From positions 125,769 through 157,768 of the forward strand of contig CAVVMX010000006.1 of assembly GCA_963749455.1 (NCBI GenBank): 32,000 bases of DNA, in the 5' to 3' direction. The notes beneath the pieces were generated by a model, which was not told the DNA's origin, did no database searches, and saw only the letters and a list, made by a program, of their open reading frames with translations. Both the position numbers and the translations under genes were made by a program. This document shows positions 9,594 through 19,294 of this stretch, piece by piece. This stretch comes from an uncultured Chloroflexia bacterium. Lineage in GTDB: Bacteria; Chloroflexota; Anaerolineae; JAAYZQ01. Every line of letters starts with the position of its first letter. Positions within the stretch are counted from its first letter, which is position 1.

Positions 9594-11279
9594 ATGTCCA
9601 AGAAACTGATTTCCGTGTTGCTCATGTCGGCCCTGCTGGTTGGCCTGTTGGCCACGCTCGGTGGCTGCGGAGCCACCCCAGCGCCGACCAAGGTGCCCGA
9701 GCAGCCGACGGTCGCGCCGACGACCGCGCCGACGACCGCCGCCGAGGCGGCAAAGCTGATCCTGGCCACCACCACCAGCACCGCCGACTCGGGCCTGCTC
9801 GATTTCATCCTGCCTGACTTTGAGCAGGCCAACAACGTCAACGTAGAAGTGATCGCCGTCGGCACCGGCCAGGCGATTGAGATCGGCAGCAAGGGCGACG
9901 CCGACGTTCTGCTCGTCCACAGCCGCAAGTCCGAGGACAAGTTCGTCGCCGACGGATATGCCAAAGAGCGCTTTGACGTGATGTACAACGACTTTGTCAT
10001 CGTCGGCCCCACGAGCGATCCGGCCAAGATCGGCGGCATGACCATCTGCAGTCGACGCCCTCAAGGCGATTGCCGGCGCGGAGGCCACCTTTGTCAGCCG
10101 GGGCGACAAGTCGGGCACCAACACCAAGGAGCTGAGCCTGTGGAGCTCGGCGGGCATCACCCCGACGACCGACATGCCCTGGTACCAGTCGATCGGCCAG
10201 GGCATGGGCGACACGCTGCTCTTCTCGCAATGAGCAGCAGGGCTACACCCTCACCGATCGGGGCACCTACCTGTCGATGCGGGACAAGCTGCCCGATCTG
10301 CCGATCCTGGTCGGCGGACAGACGCTGACCGACAACGTAGACAAGAAACTGCTCAATCCCTACGGCGTGATGGCGGTCAACCCCGACAAGCTCCCTGTGA
10401 CCAAGTATGACCTGGCCATAAAGTTCGTGGAGTGGATCCTGTCGCCCGAGGTCCAGGCCAAGATCGGCGGCTATGGCGTGGACAAGTTCGGCCAGCCGCT
10501 GTTCTACCCCGGCGCGCCGCCCAGCACTCCGGCGCCCGCTGCTCGCCGCCCTCAAGATGACCGGCCCTGCCCTGGAAGTGAGCTGGACTGAGGAGCAGCT
10601 CAAGGCCCTGGGCACCATCGACGTCGACTATACCGGCAAGGACGGCACGACGACGACATACACCGGCGTGCTCATCACCAAGCTGCTCGAAGAGGCCAAG
10701 GCCCCGGCCGACGCCGCCGGCCTGGTCCTGGTAGCCAGCGATGCCTACACCGCTGACGTGGCCATGGCCGACGTACAGGGCTGCGCCGATTGCATCGTCG
10801 CCTTTGACCCGAACGGCGGCCTGCGATCCGTCCTGCCCAGCCTGTCGGGCAAGGCCCAGGTCAAGAACCTGGTCGAGATCCAGGTCCAGGGCGGCGCCGC
10901 CGCGGCGGCCGGCGGAATCCCGGACAACGCCGCGCTCAAGATCACCGGCAAGGTGGCCACGCCGATCGGCTGGACCGAGGAAGTGGTGCGGGCGATGAAG
11001 ACCATCGACGCCCAGTCCACCAACAAGGACGGCCAGACCGAGACCTACACCGGCGTCCTGATCACAGACCTGCTGGCCCTGGCCGGCCCGGCGAGCGACG
11101 CGACGACGCTGGTCTTTGTCGCCGATGACGGCTTTACCGCCGAGGTGCCCCTGGCCGACGTGCTGGCCTGCGCGGATTGCATCGTCTCCTTCCGCAGCAA
11201 GGGCGGCTTTAGCACGGTGCTGCCCGGCTTCTCCGGCAACGCCCAGGTCAAGGGCGTAGTCGAGATCCAGGTGAAATAG
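9594..11279 (+). CDS. tupA: Tungstate-binding-like lipoprotein (TupA-like) fused to two C-terminal molybdopterin-like domains; frameshifted
   Basis: LATLGGCG lipobox; KLILATTTSTADSGLLDFILPDFEQANNVNVEVIAVGTGQAIEIGSKGDADVLLVHSRKSEDKFVADGYAKERFDVMYNDFVIVGP; C-terminal ORF 10473..11279 has two copies of YTGVLITxLL...CADCIV. Confidence 0.85.
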
Positions 11280-11294
11280 CAGCCGAAAACCTGC

Positions 11295-11330
11295 CCGGCC
11301 CAGCACTCAGCCCATTGGGTGCTGGGCCGG
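11295..11330. repeat. Perfect 12-bp inverted repeat after tupA-like gene (possible transcript-end hairpin, no U-tract)
   Basis: CCGGCCCAGCAC (11295-11306), 12-nt loop, GTGCTGGGCCGG (11319-11330). Confidence 0.7.
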
Positions 11331-11412
11331 CAACTACAAAAGATCCTTCGCCGTCGGCTTGCAGGTTCTGATCAACCCGGCTCCGTAGAACGCAAATCGG
11401 ACTCCCCACCAT

Positions 11413-11441
11413 TTGACAGCTTCACAGTTCTTTGCTAGAAT
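11413..11441 (+). promoter_or_regulatory. Sigma70-type promoter of the yhf-like operon
   Basis: TTGACA (11413-11418), 17-nt spacer, TAGAAT (11436-11441). Confidence 0.85.
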
Positions 11442-11460
11442 ATACAATGTACTATATTCT
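11437..11460. promoter_or_regulatory. Candidate operator overlapping -10/+1
   Basis: Perfect inverted repeat AGAATATA-caatgtac-TATATTCT centred just downstream of the -10. Confidence 0.65.
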
Positions 11461-11490
11461 GCATTTTGTATGACCGGTCGAGCGAGGGCG

Positions 11491-12429
11491 ATGATTACAG
11501 ATCTGCTCCTGCCTCTTGTGTCGAAACAGGGAGTGGCCGTCATGAAACTGGCCACACTGCTCCTCATTCACCAGCGAGGAGACCGAATCCAGCCTGTCCA
11601 ACAGTACGCTGAGGAGCTGGGAACAGGAGTGGGCACGATCCAGGCAGCCCTGGCCTACCTCCAGGAAATCGGGGCGGTCGACCTCGAGAGCCGGGGGCAC
11701 CTGGGTACATTCATCCGTGAGATCGACTACCCTCTCATCTGGTCCCTCACCGGACAAAACCAGATCGTGGGTGGCATGCCGCTGCCCTATTCCCGCCGAT
11801 ATGAGGGTCTGGCCACCGCACTCCACGAGGCATTTCGCCGGGCCGAAATCACCCTGAACCTCGTCTACACGCGCGGCGCCCTGAACCGCCTGCGTGCCTT
11901 GGAGGGAGGCAAGTTCGACTTTATCGTCCTATCGCGTTTCGCGCTGAGCAACGCTATCGAGCGAGAGTTGGCGGTCGAGGAAGTGCTGGGCCTCGGCGGC
12001 GAGTCTTACGTGGGGCAGCACGTTATTCTACTAAGAGACCGGGACCAGCAGGAGATCGTGGATGGAATGAGGGTTGGCATCGACCCGTCGTCCATCGATC
12101 AGGTCCTCCTGGCCAAGGAAGCCTGCCGTGGCAAGGACGTCGAGTTTGTCGAGGTTGGCTACATGAACCTGATGGCAGCTCTGGGCAAGGGACAGATCGA
12201 CGCCACCGTCTGGAATCAGGATGACTTTAGCACCTCGGCTCACCCATTCAAGGCGGTGCCCCTTGCGTTGCGCGACCTTGACCAGGCGCACGACAACACA
12301 GAGGCGGTCATTGCCGTGCAGAAGGGCAACCGGCTGGCCCTTCAAACCCTGAGGGTGATCATCGAACCGGAGACGATCCGCGACATCCAGCGGCAGGTGA
12401 TGGAAAACCGGCTCGTGCCGGCCTATTGA
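11491..12429 (+). CDS. yhfZ: YhfZ-like regulator: GntR-type N-terminus with a substrate-binding-like C-terminal domain
   Basis: ORF 11413..12429 (start revised to 11491). GDRIQPVQQYAEELGTGVGTIQAALAYLQEIGAVDLESRGHLGTFI; C-terminal VGIDPSSIDQVLL...EVGYMNLMAALGKGQIDATVWN. Confidence 0.8.
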   Translation: MITDLLLPLVSKQGVAVMKLATLLLIHQRGDRIQPVQQYAEELGTGVGTIQAALAYLQEIGAVDLESRGHLGTFIREIDYPLIWSLTGQNQIVGGMPLPYSRRYEGLATALHEAFRRAEITLNLVYTRGALNRLRALEGGKFDFIVLSRFALSNAIERELAVEEVLGLGGESYVGQHVILLRDRDQQEIVDGMRVGIDPSSIDQVLLAKEACRGKDVEFVEVGYMNLMAALGKGQIDATVWNQDDFSTSAHPFKAVPLALRDLDQAHDNTEAVIAVQKGNRLALQTLRVIIEPETIRDIQRQVMENRLVPAY

Positions 12430-12469
12430 AGGTCCAAGTCCGGACTTGTTGCTTCCGCAGAGGACAGAA

Positions 12470-13681
12470 ATGCGTGCATCGAGCCAGGCACCGAAACCCA
12501 GCAAAATCCTGCTACGCGCCCATGAGCTCGCGCCGGCGCTGGTCGACATCCGCCGCACGCTGCACCGCCACCCTGAGCTCGGCTTCGAAGAGCGCTGCAC
12601 CGCGGCCCTCGTCGCCTCCAAGTTGCACTCGCTGGGCATCCGTGTCGAGACGAACGTCGGTATAACGGGCGTGGTGGGTCACATCGGCACGGGGGGCCCT
12701 ATTGTCGCCCTGCGGGCCGACATGGACGCTCTCCCTATCCAAGAGCTGAACCAAACGCCGTATGCCTCTGAGGTGCCTGGGATCATGCACGCCTGTGGTC
12801 ACGACGCCCACACGGCCTGTTTGCTGGGGGCCGCCACCATCCTCCAGGAGATCAAGCTCGACGGACAGGTGCGCCTGATTTTCCAGCCCTCAGAAGAAGG
12901 CATGGACAAAGAGGGCAAGAGCGGGGCCATGCGCATGGTCGAGGAGGGGGTCGCGGACGGCGTGCAGGCCTTTTTCGCCCTGCACGTGGACAGCGACTAC
13001 CACTCCGGCACGCTGGCGTGCTCACCGGGCTATGTGCTGGCTGCCATGGACACCCTTGTCATACAGGTCATGGGTACGGCGGCACACGGTGCCCAGGCCT
13101 ATCTGGGGGTAGATGCAGTGCTGCTGGCATCCCAGGTAATCGGCGCGCTGCACACAGTGGTCTCGCGGCGCATTTCGCCCCTGGACAGCGGCGTCATATC
13201 GATCGGCCTGATCCACGGCGGGACAAAGGAGAACATTCTGGCCGAACAGGTAGAGCTGCGCGGCACGGTTCGCAGCTTCAAGCCCGAGGTGCGCCAGGCG
13301 CTGCTCCGCGAAATCGACCGCGTGTGTGGGATAACCCGTGCTGTGGGGGGCGACTATCGCCTCTCCATCTGGCACGGGTACCCCGCACTGCACAACGATC
13401 CGAGCCTGACGGCGTTTGCCGTGGAGGCTCTGACCGGCCTGATCGGAAGCGAGGCGCTACTTCCCCTGGAACCCGAGATGGGCTCCGAGGATTTCAGTTT
13501 CTTTGCGCAGCGGGCGCCGGCATGCTACATGTCGCTCGGCGTCCGGTCCCCAGGACAGCCCATGCGCCCGGCGCACCATCCCGGCTTTGACATTGACGAA
13601 TCGGCCCTGCCGCTGGGAGCCGCCAGCCTGGCCCACCTTGCCGTCGGCTACCTGAATGCTCGGCCGCACGAGGGACAGTAG
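12470..13681 (+). CDS. M20 family amidohydrolase/peptidase (IAA-amino acid hydrolase/hippuricase-like)
   Basis: IRRTLHRHPELGFEE, VALRADMDALPIQE, PGIMHACGHDAHTACLLGAATIL, LIFQPSEEG, EPEMGSEDFSFFAQRAP. Confidence 0.95.
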   Translation: MRASSQAPKPSKILLRAHELAPALVDIRRTLHRHPELGFEERCTAALVASKLHSLGIRVETNVGITGVVGHIGTGGPIVALRADMDALPIQELNQTPYASEVPGIMHACGHDAHTACLLGAATILQEIKLDGQVRLIFQPSEEGMDKEGKSGAMRMVEEGVADGVQAFFALHVDSDYHSGTLACSPGYVLAAMDTLVIQVMGTAAHGAQAYLGVDAVLLASQVIGALHTVVSRRISPLDSGVISIGLIHGGTKENILAEQVELRGTVRSFKPEVRQALLREIDRVCGITRAVGGDYRLSIWHGYPALHNDPSLTAFAVEALTGLIGSEALLPLEPEMGSEDFSFFAQRAPACYMSLGVRSPGQPMRPAHHPGFDIDESALPLGAASLAHLAVGYLNARPHEGQ

Positions 13682-13689
13682 AGGAAACC

Positions 13690-14103
13690 ATGGCCTTTGA
13701 GGAACGGTTCCGGCTTCTGATCGCGAGTGGGCAGGCCAGCGAGCGGACCGTCGCAGCTGCCCGCGCTGCCCTTGGGGAGGTGGAGGCGCACTACCAGATC
13801 CTTCTCTGCGAACAAGTGGGTGCCTCGCTGGCCACGCACATCGCGGTCACCATGAAGCGCCTGTTGGACGGGGAAGCGTTGACCCAGGCCCCCGACACCG
13901 TCTGGAGCGAGCTCACGGCCTGGCCCGAGGAGGTGGCGCTGGCTACCTCCGTCGTGCACGGGCTGTGCAGAAGGCTGCGCCACTCCATCGCGCGGGACGA
14001 GGTCGGGTTTATCGCCCTGCATCTGTGCCGGATCCGGGCTGCAACCCTGCTGGCAGCCGAGGAGCCCGGCACAGCGGGGACTGCCGGTGAGGTGAGTGCA
14101 TGA
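13690..14103 (+). CDS. yhfY: Small PRD-domain protein (YhfY-like)
   Basis: THIAVTMKRLLDGEAL and DEVGFIALHLCRIR match the PRD pattern with regulatory histidines; position between yhfZ and yhfU. Confidence 0.75.
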   Translation: MAFEERFRLLIASGQASERTVAAARAALGEVEAHYQILLCEQVGASLATHIAVTMKRLLDGEALTQAPDTVWSELTAWPEEVALATSVVHGLCRRLRHSIARDEVGFIALHLCRIRAATLLAAEEPGTAGTAGEVSA

Positions 14104-14474
14104 TACGCATCAACGTCGGGGGACTGGCAGCCAAAGAGATCGCTGCCCTGGCTGCTCAGGTCGGAGGAGGCCAGGTCGAGGTGCAGGTAGGGACCGACAT
14201 TGTCGGGGCGCAGCAGGTCGCCATGGGAATGGCCGACTACTATTTCGGCGCCTGCGCCACCGGCCGGGGAGGTGCTCTGGCGATGGCCATGGCCCTCCTG
14301 GGCGTTTCGAAATGCTTCACTGCCAGCACGACCGGCCGGCCGCCCAAGGAGCAAGAGGTCCGGGAAGCCGTCGCTGCCGGCAAGAAGGCGTTCGGTTTCA
14401 CCACCGATCACGTGGATGTGGCTGTGCCTATGATCGTCAAGGCCATCCTGGCCGGGCGCCGCCACGAGGCCTAG
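14100..14474 (+). CDS. yhfU: DUF2620 family, YhfU-like glycine-rich small protein
   Basis: MIRINVGGLAAKEIAALAAQVGGGQVEVQVGTDIVGAQQVAMGMADYYFGACATGRGGALAMAMALLG; 4-nt ATGA overlap with upstream gene; synteny. Confidence 0.8.
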   Translation: MIRINVGGLAAKEIAALAAQVGGGQVEVQVGTDIVGAQQVAMGMADYYFGACATGRGGALAMAMALLGVSKCFTASTTGRPPKEQEVREAVAAGKKAFGFTTDHVDVAVPMIVKAILAGRRHEA

Positions 14475-14519
14475 CGCGCTGCGCCGGCGTCTGCGGGCCG
14501 AGTTCGAGGGGACCAAGCA

Positions 14520-15803
14520 ATGTCATCGACAACCATCGTGCTGATGGCTGTTGCGGGTGCCATAGGGGCCGCCCTGGCCAATCGGGGCGTTGCCGTGTTC
14601 CACGACGGACTCCGCGCCCTCGTACCAGAGCTGCTCGAGGGTCGCCTGCAGCGTAAGGAGTTTGGCGCCCTCGCCTCTAGCATGAGCTTTGGGTTGCTCG
14701 TCGGCTATGGCCTGCCGTTCTCGGTCGTGTCGGGGGTGGTCCTCTATCACAGCCTTTGGCTCGGAACAGATATCATCGGCGCACGGTTTCCCGGCCCGAC
14801 TGGATCTGGCCGGCAAGATCACAGCAGGGAGCTTCTAGGTCTGATCGGCGCCGCGCTCGCCGGTTGTCTCTACGGGGCCCTGCTGGCGGCAGGGCTGGCG
14901 GGCGTGCGCTGGCTCTTCTCGCACCTCCCCATCCCGATCCAGGGTTCCCTTCAGGAGATGGGGGCGCCGATCGTCCTGGCCTTTGCCATGTTCCCTGCCG
15001 TTGCTGTGGCCTGCCAGCACGGCGCCAGACACGGGGTGCTTGTGTTCCTTCTTACGCTGTTGGCACGGCATATCGCGAGCAGCCTGGGATTGGCCGGGCC
15101 CGACGCCTGGGCACTGGGCGTGGGCATGGCTACGTTGGTGATCTATGCCCTTCTGGCTCAGAAGCGCAGCCGGCCGGCCCAGGGCATGGTGCCGATTCCG
15201 ACCCAGGGCGCGGCTCGAATCCGCCGCCATCTGCCCTCGATCGTGCTGCTGGGTGCGGTCTATGGCCTAATCTGCAGCCAGGCGGTCATGATGGAGAGCC
15301 CACAGTCACTGCTTGCCCTCGGCCAGGGGGATCGGGCGACCGCGATCGGCGTCACAATCGCGCGTGGGTTGTGCTTTACCCCTCAAAAGACGATGTCGGC
15401 TGCGGCTACTGGCGTGTTCGCCCTCGACGGCTTTGGCTTTGTGGCGGCGGCAGGATTGCTCGCCCCAAATGCGTGGAGCGCGGCTCTGGCCGGAGCGATC
15501 GTCATGGGCCTCGAGGCGCTGAGCTTGGTCGCACTGTCTCGGCTGCTGTGCCGCTGGCCGGTTCTGTCCCAGACGGCCGACGCCATGCGCACCGCCATGA
15601 CTAAACTGCTCGAGATCGCCTCGATGGTGGGCGGTATGCTTGCGGCGAACAGCCTGAAGCCTGGCCTGGGGTTTGCAGCGGTGGCCGGCCTGTATGCGCT
15701 CAACGAGGTGTCCGGCTTGCCCATCACGCGTGCTGCCGCCGGCCCGGTGGCCATCCTCCTGTTTGGCCTGGGGCTTAACCTGTTCGCATGGATCACGGGA
15801 TAG
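14520..15803 (+). CDS. yhfT: YhfT-like multi-pass membrane protein (putative transporter)
   Basis: ALANRGVAVFHDGLRALVPELLEG and about 10 or more hydrophobic segments; syntenic between yhfU and yhfS. Confidence 0.85.
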   Translation: MSSTTIVLMAVAGAIGAALANRGVAVFHDGLRALVPELLEGRLQRKEFGALASSMSFGLLVGYGLPFSVVSGVVLYHSLWLGTDIIGARFPGPTGSGRQDHSRELLGLIGAALAGCLYGALLAAGLAGVRWLFSHLPIPIQGSLQEMGAPIVLAFAMFPAVAVACQHGARHGVLVFLLTLLARHIASSLGLAGPDAWALGVGMATLVIYALLAQKRSRPAQGMVPIPTQGAARIRRHLPSIVLLGAVYGLICSQAVMMESPQSLLALGQGDRATAIGVTIARGLCFTPQKTMSAAATGVFALDGFGFVAAAGLLAPNAWSAALAGAIVMGLEALSLVALSRLLCRWPVLSQTADAMRTAMTKLLEIASMVGGMLAANSLKPGLGFAAVAGLYALNEVSGLPITRAAAGPVAILLFGLGLNLFAWITG

Positions 15804-15805
15804 CG

Positions 15806-16900
15806 ATGCAGACCTACCCTTTAGAGCAATTGGATCTGGACGGCGCGATGGAGCTGCAATTCCGCTTGGTGGAGGCCATCGCGCGCCACTTTGACGGGCA
15901 TGCGATCCTCGAGGCCGGGGATTACGGACTGTGGGCAGACACGGGGCGGCCCCACCATACCGCGCGGGTCGAGGCTACGCTCGCCGACCTGTTCGGCGCC
16001 GAGGCCGCCTGCCTGGTTCGTGGGGCAGGCACGGGGGCAGTTCGCTCCACCATCATGGCTGCCGTGAAGCCGGGGCAGGAGCTGCTGCTGCATCAGGCGC
16101 CTCTCTACCCCACGACCCACGTGACTCTCGAAGCCATGGGCCTGCGGCCGGTGTTCGTCGATCTGAACGACCCGAGCGCGCTCGGAGAGTTCCCGCCCAC
16201 CGTGTCGTGCGCGCTGCTGCAACACACTCGCCAGCGGATGGACGACCGATACCAGTTGGCCGAAGTGATCCGGGCGCTGAAGGCGAGCCGCCCGAATCTG
16301 ATGGTGATCGTGGACGATAACTATGCGGCCATGCGCGTGCCCAAGATCGGGATCGAATTGGGTGCTGACGTCTCCACCTTCTCGCTGTTCAAGCTACTCG
16401 GCCCCGAAGGGGTGGGGTGCGTGCTGGCGGGTCACGATCTGGCTGCCAAGATCCACAGGCAGAACTACTCGGGAGGCACCCAAGTCCAGGGGGTCGAAGC
16501 TCTGGAAGCGCTGCGGGCCCTGACCTACGCGCCGGTGGCCTGGGCCGTTCAGAGCCAAGTTGTCGAGGAAGTGACGCGCCGCCTGAACTCTGGCGAGGTG
16601 GTGGGCGTGGAGCAGGCCTACGTGGCCAACGCCCAGTCACGGGTCATCCTGGTCAAGCTCGACAAACCGCTTGCCAAAGGGGTGGTGGCCGCCAGTGTTC
16701 AGTTTGGAGCTGCCGACCGTCCGGTCGGGGCGGAATCGCGTTACGAGGTCGCTCCGCTCTTCTACCGCATCTCGGGCACGTTCCGTGCAGAGAATCCCGA
16801 CCTGGCGGAACGGATGATCCGGATCAATCCGATGCGAGCCGGAGCCAATCTCGTCATCAGGATCCTCGACAAAGCCTTGGAGGCGTGTCAGGGAGGATGA
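15806..16900 (+). CDS. yhfS: YhfS-like PLP-dependent aminotransferase-fold enzyme
   Basis: FGAEAACLVRGAGTGAVRSTIMAAVKPGQELLLHQAPLYPTTHVTLEAMGL; VDDNYAAMRVPKIGIELGADVSTFSLFKLLGPEGVG; RVSGTFR-like region ISGTFRAENPDLAERMIRINP. Confidence 0.9.
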   Translation: MQTYPLEQLDLDGAMELQFRLVEAIARHFDGHAILEAGDYGLWADTGRPHHTARVEATLADLFGAEAACLVRGAGTGAVRSTIMAAVKPGQELLLHQAPLYPTTHVTLEAMGLRPVFVDLNDPSALGEFPPTVSCALLQHTRQRMDDRYQLAEVIRALKASRPNLMVIVDDNYAAMRVPKIGIELGADVSTFSLFKLLGPEGVGCVLAGHDLAAKIHRQNYSGGTQVQGVEALEALRALTYAPVAWAVQSQVVEEVTRRLNSGEVVGVEQAYVANAQSRVILVKLDKPLAKGVVAASVQFGAADRPVGAESRYEVAPLFYRISGTFRAENPDLAERMIRINPMRAGANLVIRILDKALEACQGG

Positions 16901-16901
16901 G

Positions 16902-18083
16902 ATGTTCCTAGACGTTACACTCCAACGAAATCCCAGGCTGATCGAAACCGCGCTGGCATTTCACCGCGCGGGGATCATCCCTCCCAATTGCTTCGTCATC
17001 GACTCGGACATTGTGGCAGAGAACGCCGCACTGCTCCACCAGGCCGCACATCGGGCCGGGCTGGACCTGTACTTCACTACCAAGCAGATCGGGTTCAACC
17101 CTCTGCTCGCCCGGCGCATCGTCGAGGCGGGCATCTCCAGAGCCATTGCCATCGATGCCCGGGAGGTCTCGGTCCTGGCGCGCAACCAGATCCCCATCGG
17201 TCATGTCGGTCACCTGGTGCAGATTCCCTATCACCTGATCGGCCCGGTGCTGAGACTGGAGCCGGAAGTTGTCACGGTCTTTAGCGTAGACAAGGCGAAG
17301 CAGATCTCCCAGGTGGCCGTGCAGGAGCAGCGTCAGGTCCGGCTCTTGCTCCGCGTCGTTGCTGACGGCGATTTCGTCTATCCCGGCCAGGCAGGCGGGC
17401 TGCAACTGGACACCCTGGTGTCACAGGCCATGCTCATTCAAGAGCTGCCCAACCTCCGGATCGTCGGCGTCACCTCCTACCCTTGTCTTCAGCTCGACGC
17501 AGCAACCCAGACTCTGATACCCACTCAGAACCTGTCCACCATCCTTCAGGCGGCGCGTGCTCTGCAAGAAGAGTTGGGCATTGTCGTCGAGCAGATCAAC
17601 GCGCCGGGAAACACGTGCGTTGGCGTCATGGACCTTTTGGCTCAGGCGGGCGCCACCCACGGTGAGCCCGGCCATGCCCTGACCGGGACTACATACCTGC
17701 ATACGCGCACCGATCAGGCAGAAAGACCGGCCATGGTCTATGTGAGCGAGGTCTCGCACCTCCACGGGAACCAGGCCCATCTCTTCGGCGGCGGAACATA
17801 TCGCCGGGCGGGGGTTCACAACGCCCTGGTCGGATCTGGCGCTGACAGTCTGGCGCGCACCGAGATTCTGCCGCTCGATCCCACCGCCATAGATTATTAC
17901 GTCGCGTTGGCGCTGCCTTCTGATCATACCGTGCAGGTGGGAGACACTGTGATCCTTGCTTCGCGGGCACAGGTCTTTGTCAGCCGCAGCTACGTGGCGG
18001 TCGCCCAGGGGATTCAGGCCGGGCATCCTACCCTGGCAGGTCTGTTTGATTCCTGGGGCGGGGCTGTGGAGAGGGTCGTCTAG
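16902..18083 (+). CDS. yhfX: YhfX-like alanine-racemase-fold PLP enzyme
   Basis: FVIDSDIVAENAALLHQAAHRAGLDLYFTTKQIGFNPLLARRIVEAG; GATHGEPGHALTGTTYLH. Confidence 0.9.
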   Translation: MFLDVTLQRNPRLIETALAFHRAGIIPPNCFVIDSDIVAENAALLHQAAHRAGLDLYFTTKQIGFNPLLARRIVEAGISRAIAIDAREVSVLARNQIPIGHVGHLVQIPYHLIGPVLRLEPEVVTVFSVDKAKQISQVAVQEQRQVRLLLRVVADGDFVYPGQAGGLQLDTLVSQAMLIQELPNLRIVGVTSYPCLQLDAATQTLIPTQNLSTILQAARALQEELGIVVEQINAPGNTCVGVMDLLAQAGATHGEPGHALTGTTYLHTRTDQAERPAMVYVSEVSHLHGNQAHLFGGGTYRRAGVHNALVGSGADSLARTEILPLDPTAIDYYVALALPSDHTVQVGDTVILASRAQVFVSRSYVAVAQGIQAGHPTLAGLFDSWGGAVERVV

Positions 18084-19294
18084 TGTCCCCTCGAGTGATC
18101 CTGCTGGTTATCGACGCGTTGGGCATTGGCGAGATGCCCGACGTCGCGCGGAACAGGCCCCAGGATGCCGGTGCCCATACGCTGGGCAGTGTCCTGCAAG
18201 ATGTGGGCCGCCTGGATCTTCCTGCCATGGCCGAGCTAGGCCTGGGCTGCGTCGATCCCTTGCCCGGCCTCGACCTCCCTGCGTCGGAGCCGCTCGCCAG
18301 CTACGGCCGATGCCGGCTTGCCCACACAGGTGCCGACAGTTACCTGGGACACCAGGAGATCATGGGTGCGATCCCCAAGCCCCCTGTGCTGACCCTCATG
18401 GCGCAGGCAGCCGGCCTGCTGGAGCAGCAGCTCGCTGCACACGGTCATATAGTCAAAAGGCCGCTGGATGGAAAGGGCCTGTTACTGGTCGATGAAGCGC
18501 TCGTGATCGGCGACAACCTGGAGGCCGATCCTGGACTGAATATCAACCTGACCGTCGCCACCGACGAGATCGACTTTGGCCGGGCCCTCGCGATCGGCAA
18601 GATCGTCCGGGAGCTGGTGAGCGTCGCCCGTGTGATCGTCTTTGGAGGGCCCGGCATTACGACCGGCAGCATCCTGGACCACGTGGAGCAGCGAGACAAT
18701 GGACAGCTCGGCGTCAACAGCCCTGCTCTGGGGGTCTACGATGAGCATCTGTTTGTCCAGCACCTGGGCTATGGGGTCGATCCCGAGCGGCAGGCAGCAT
18801 CTATCCTATGCCGGGCTGGCATCCCGGTGGTTCTGCTCGGCAAAATGGCCGATCTGGTCGTCTGCCCCTGCGCCCGCCAGGATTCGGTGGTCCCCACGCC
18901 GCAGCTGATGCGCACGTTGCGCGATTGCTACCGGAGTGCGCTTGGAGGCCTGATCGCAGCCACGGTGCAGGAAACCGACCTGGCCGCTCACGAAGGCGAC
19001 TGTGCGCGATTTGCCCACGTGCTTGGCGACGTAGACCGTGGCTTGCAGGCGCTGCTGCCGGACATGGCCGCAGGCGATCTTCTGATCCTCTGCGCTGACC
19101 ATGGCAACGATCCGCGTGTGAACGTCGGGCTCCACACCAGGGAAGAGACGCCCCTGCTGATCTACCAGAAAGATAGGGCCGCTGTGCCCTTGGGAGTTCG
19201 CAGCACGCTCGCGGATATTGGCGCGACTATCACCCATATGTTCAGTGCACCGCCGACACAGGATGGTGTCACCCTATTGGATCGGAGGAATTGA
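18083..19294 (+). CDS. yhfW: YhfW-like phosphopentomutase/metalloenzyme-superfamily protein
   Basis: GTG start overlapping upstream TAG; VILLVIDALGIGEMPDV ... ADSYLGHQEIMG ... LLILCADHGNDP ... HTREETPLLIY, alkaline-phosphatase superfamily metal sites. Confidence 0.9.
   Translation: MSPRVILLVIDALGIGEMPDVARNRPQDAGAHTLGSVLQDVGRLDLPAMAELGLGCVDPLPGLDLPASEPLASYGRCRLAHTGADSYLGHQEIMGAIPKPPVLTLMAQAAGLLEQQLAAHGHIVKRPLDGKGLLLVDEALVIGDNLEADPGLNINLTVATDEIDFGRALAIGKIVRELVSVARVIVFGGPGITTGSILDHVEQRDNGQLGVNSPALGVYDEHLFVQHLGYGVDPERQAASILCRAGIPVVLLGKMADLVVCPCARQDSVVPTPQLMRTLRDCYRSALGGLIAATVQETDLAAHEGDCARFAHVLGDVDRGLQALLPDMAAGDLLILCADHGNDPRVNVGLHTREETPLLIYQKDRAAVPLGVRSTLADIGATITHMFSAPPTQDGVTLLDRRN

Noticed and set aside
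9108-10214. 368-aa minus-strand ORF; similar long antisense ORFs at 6172..7173, 8519..9328, 10377..11306, 17421..18026, 19636..20514
   Set aside because: All antisense to genes with conserved family motifs; explained by high GC codon bias.
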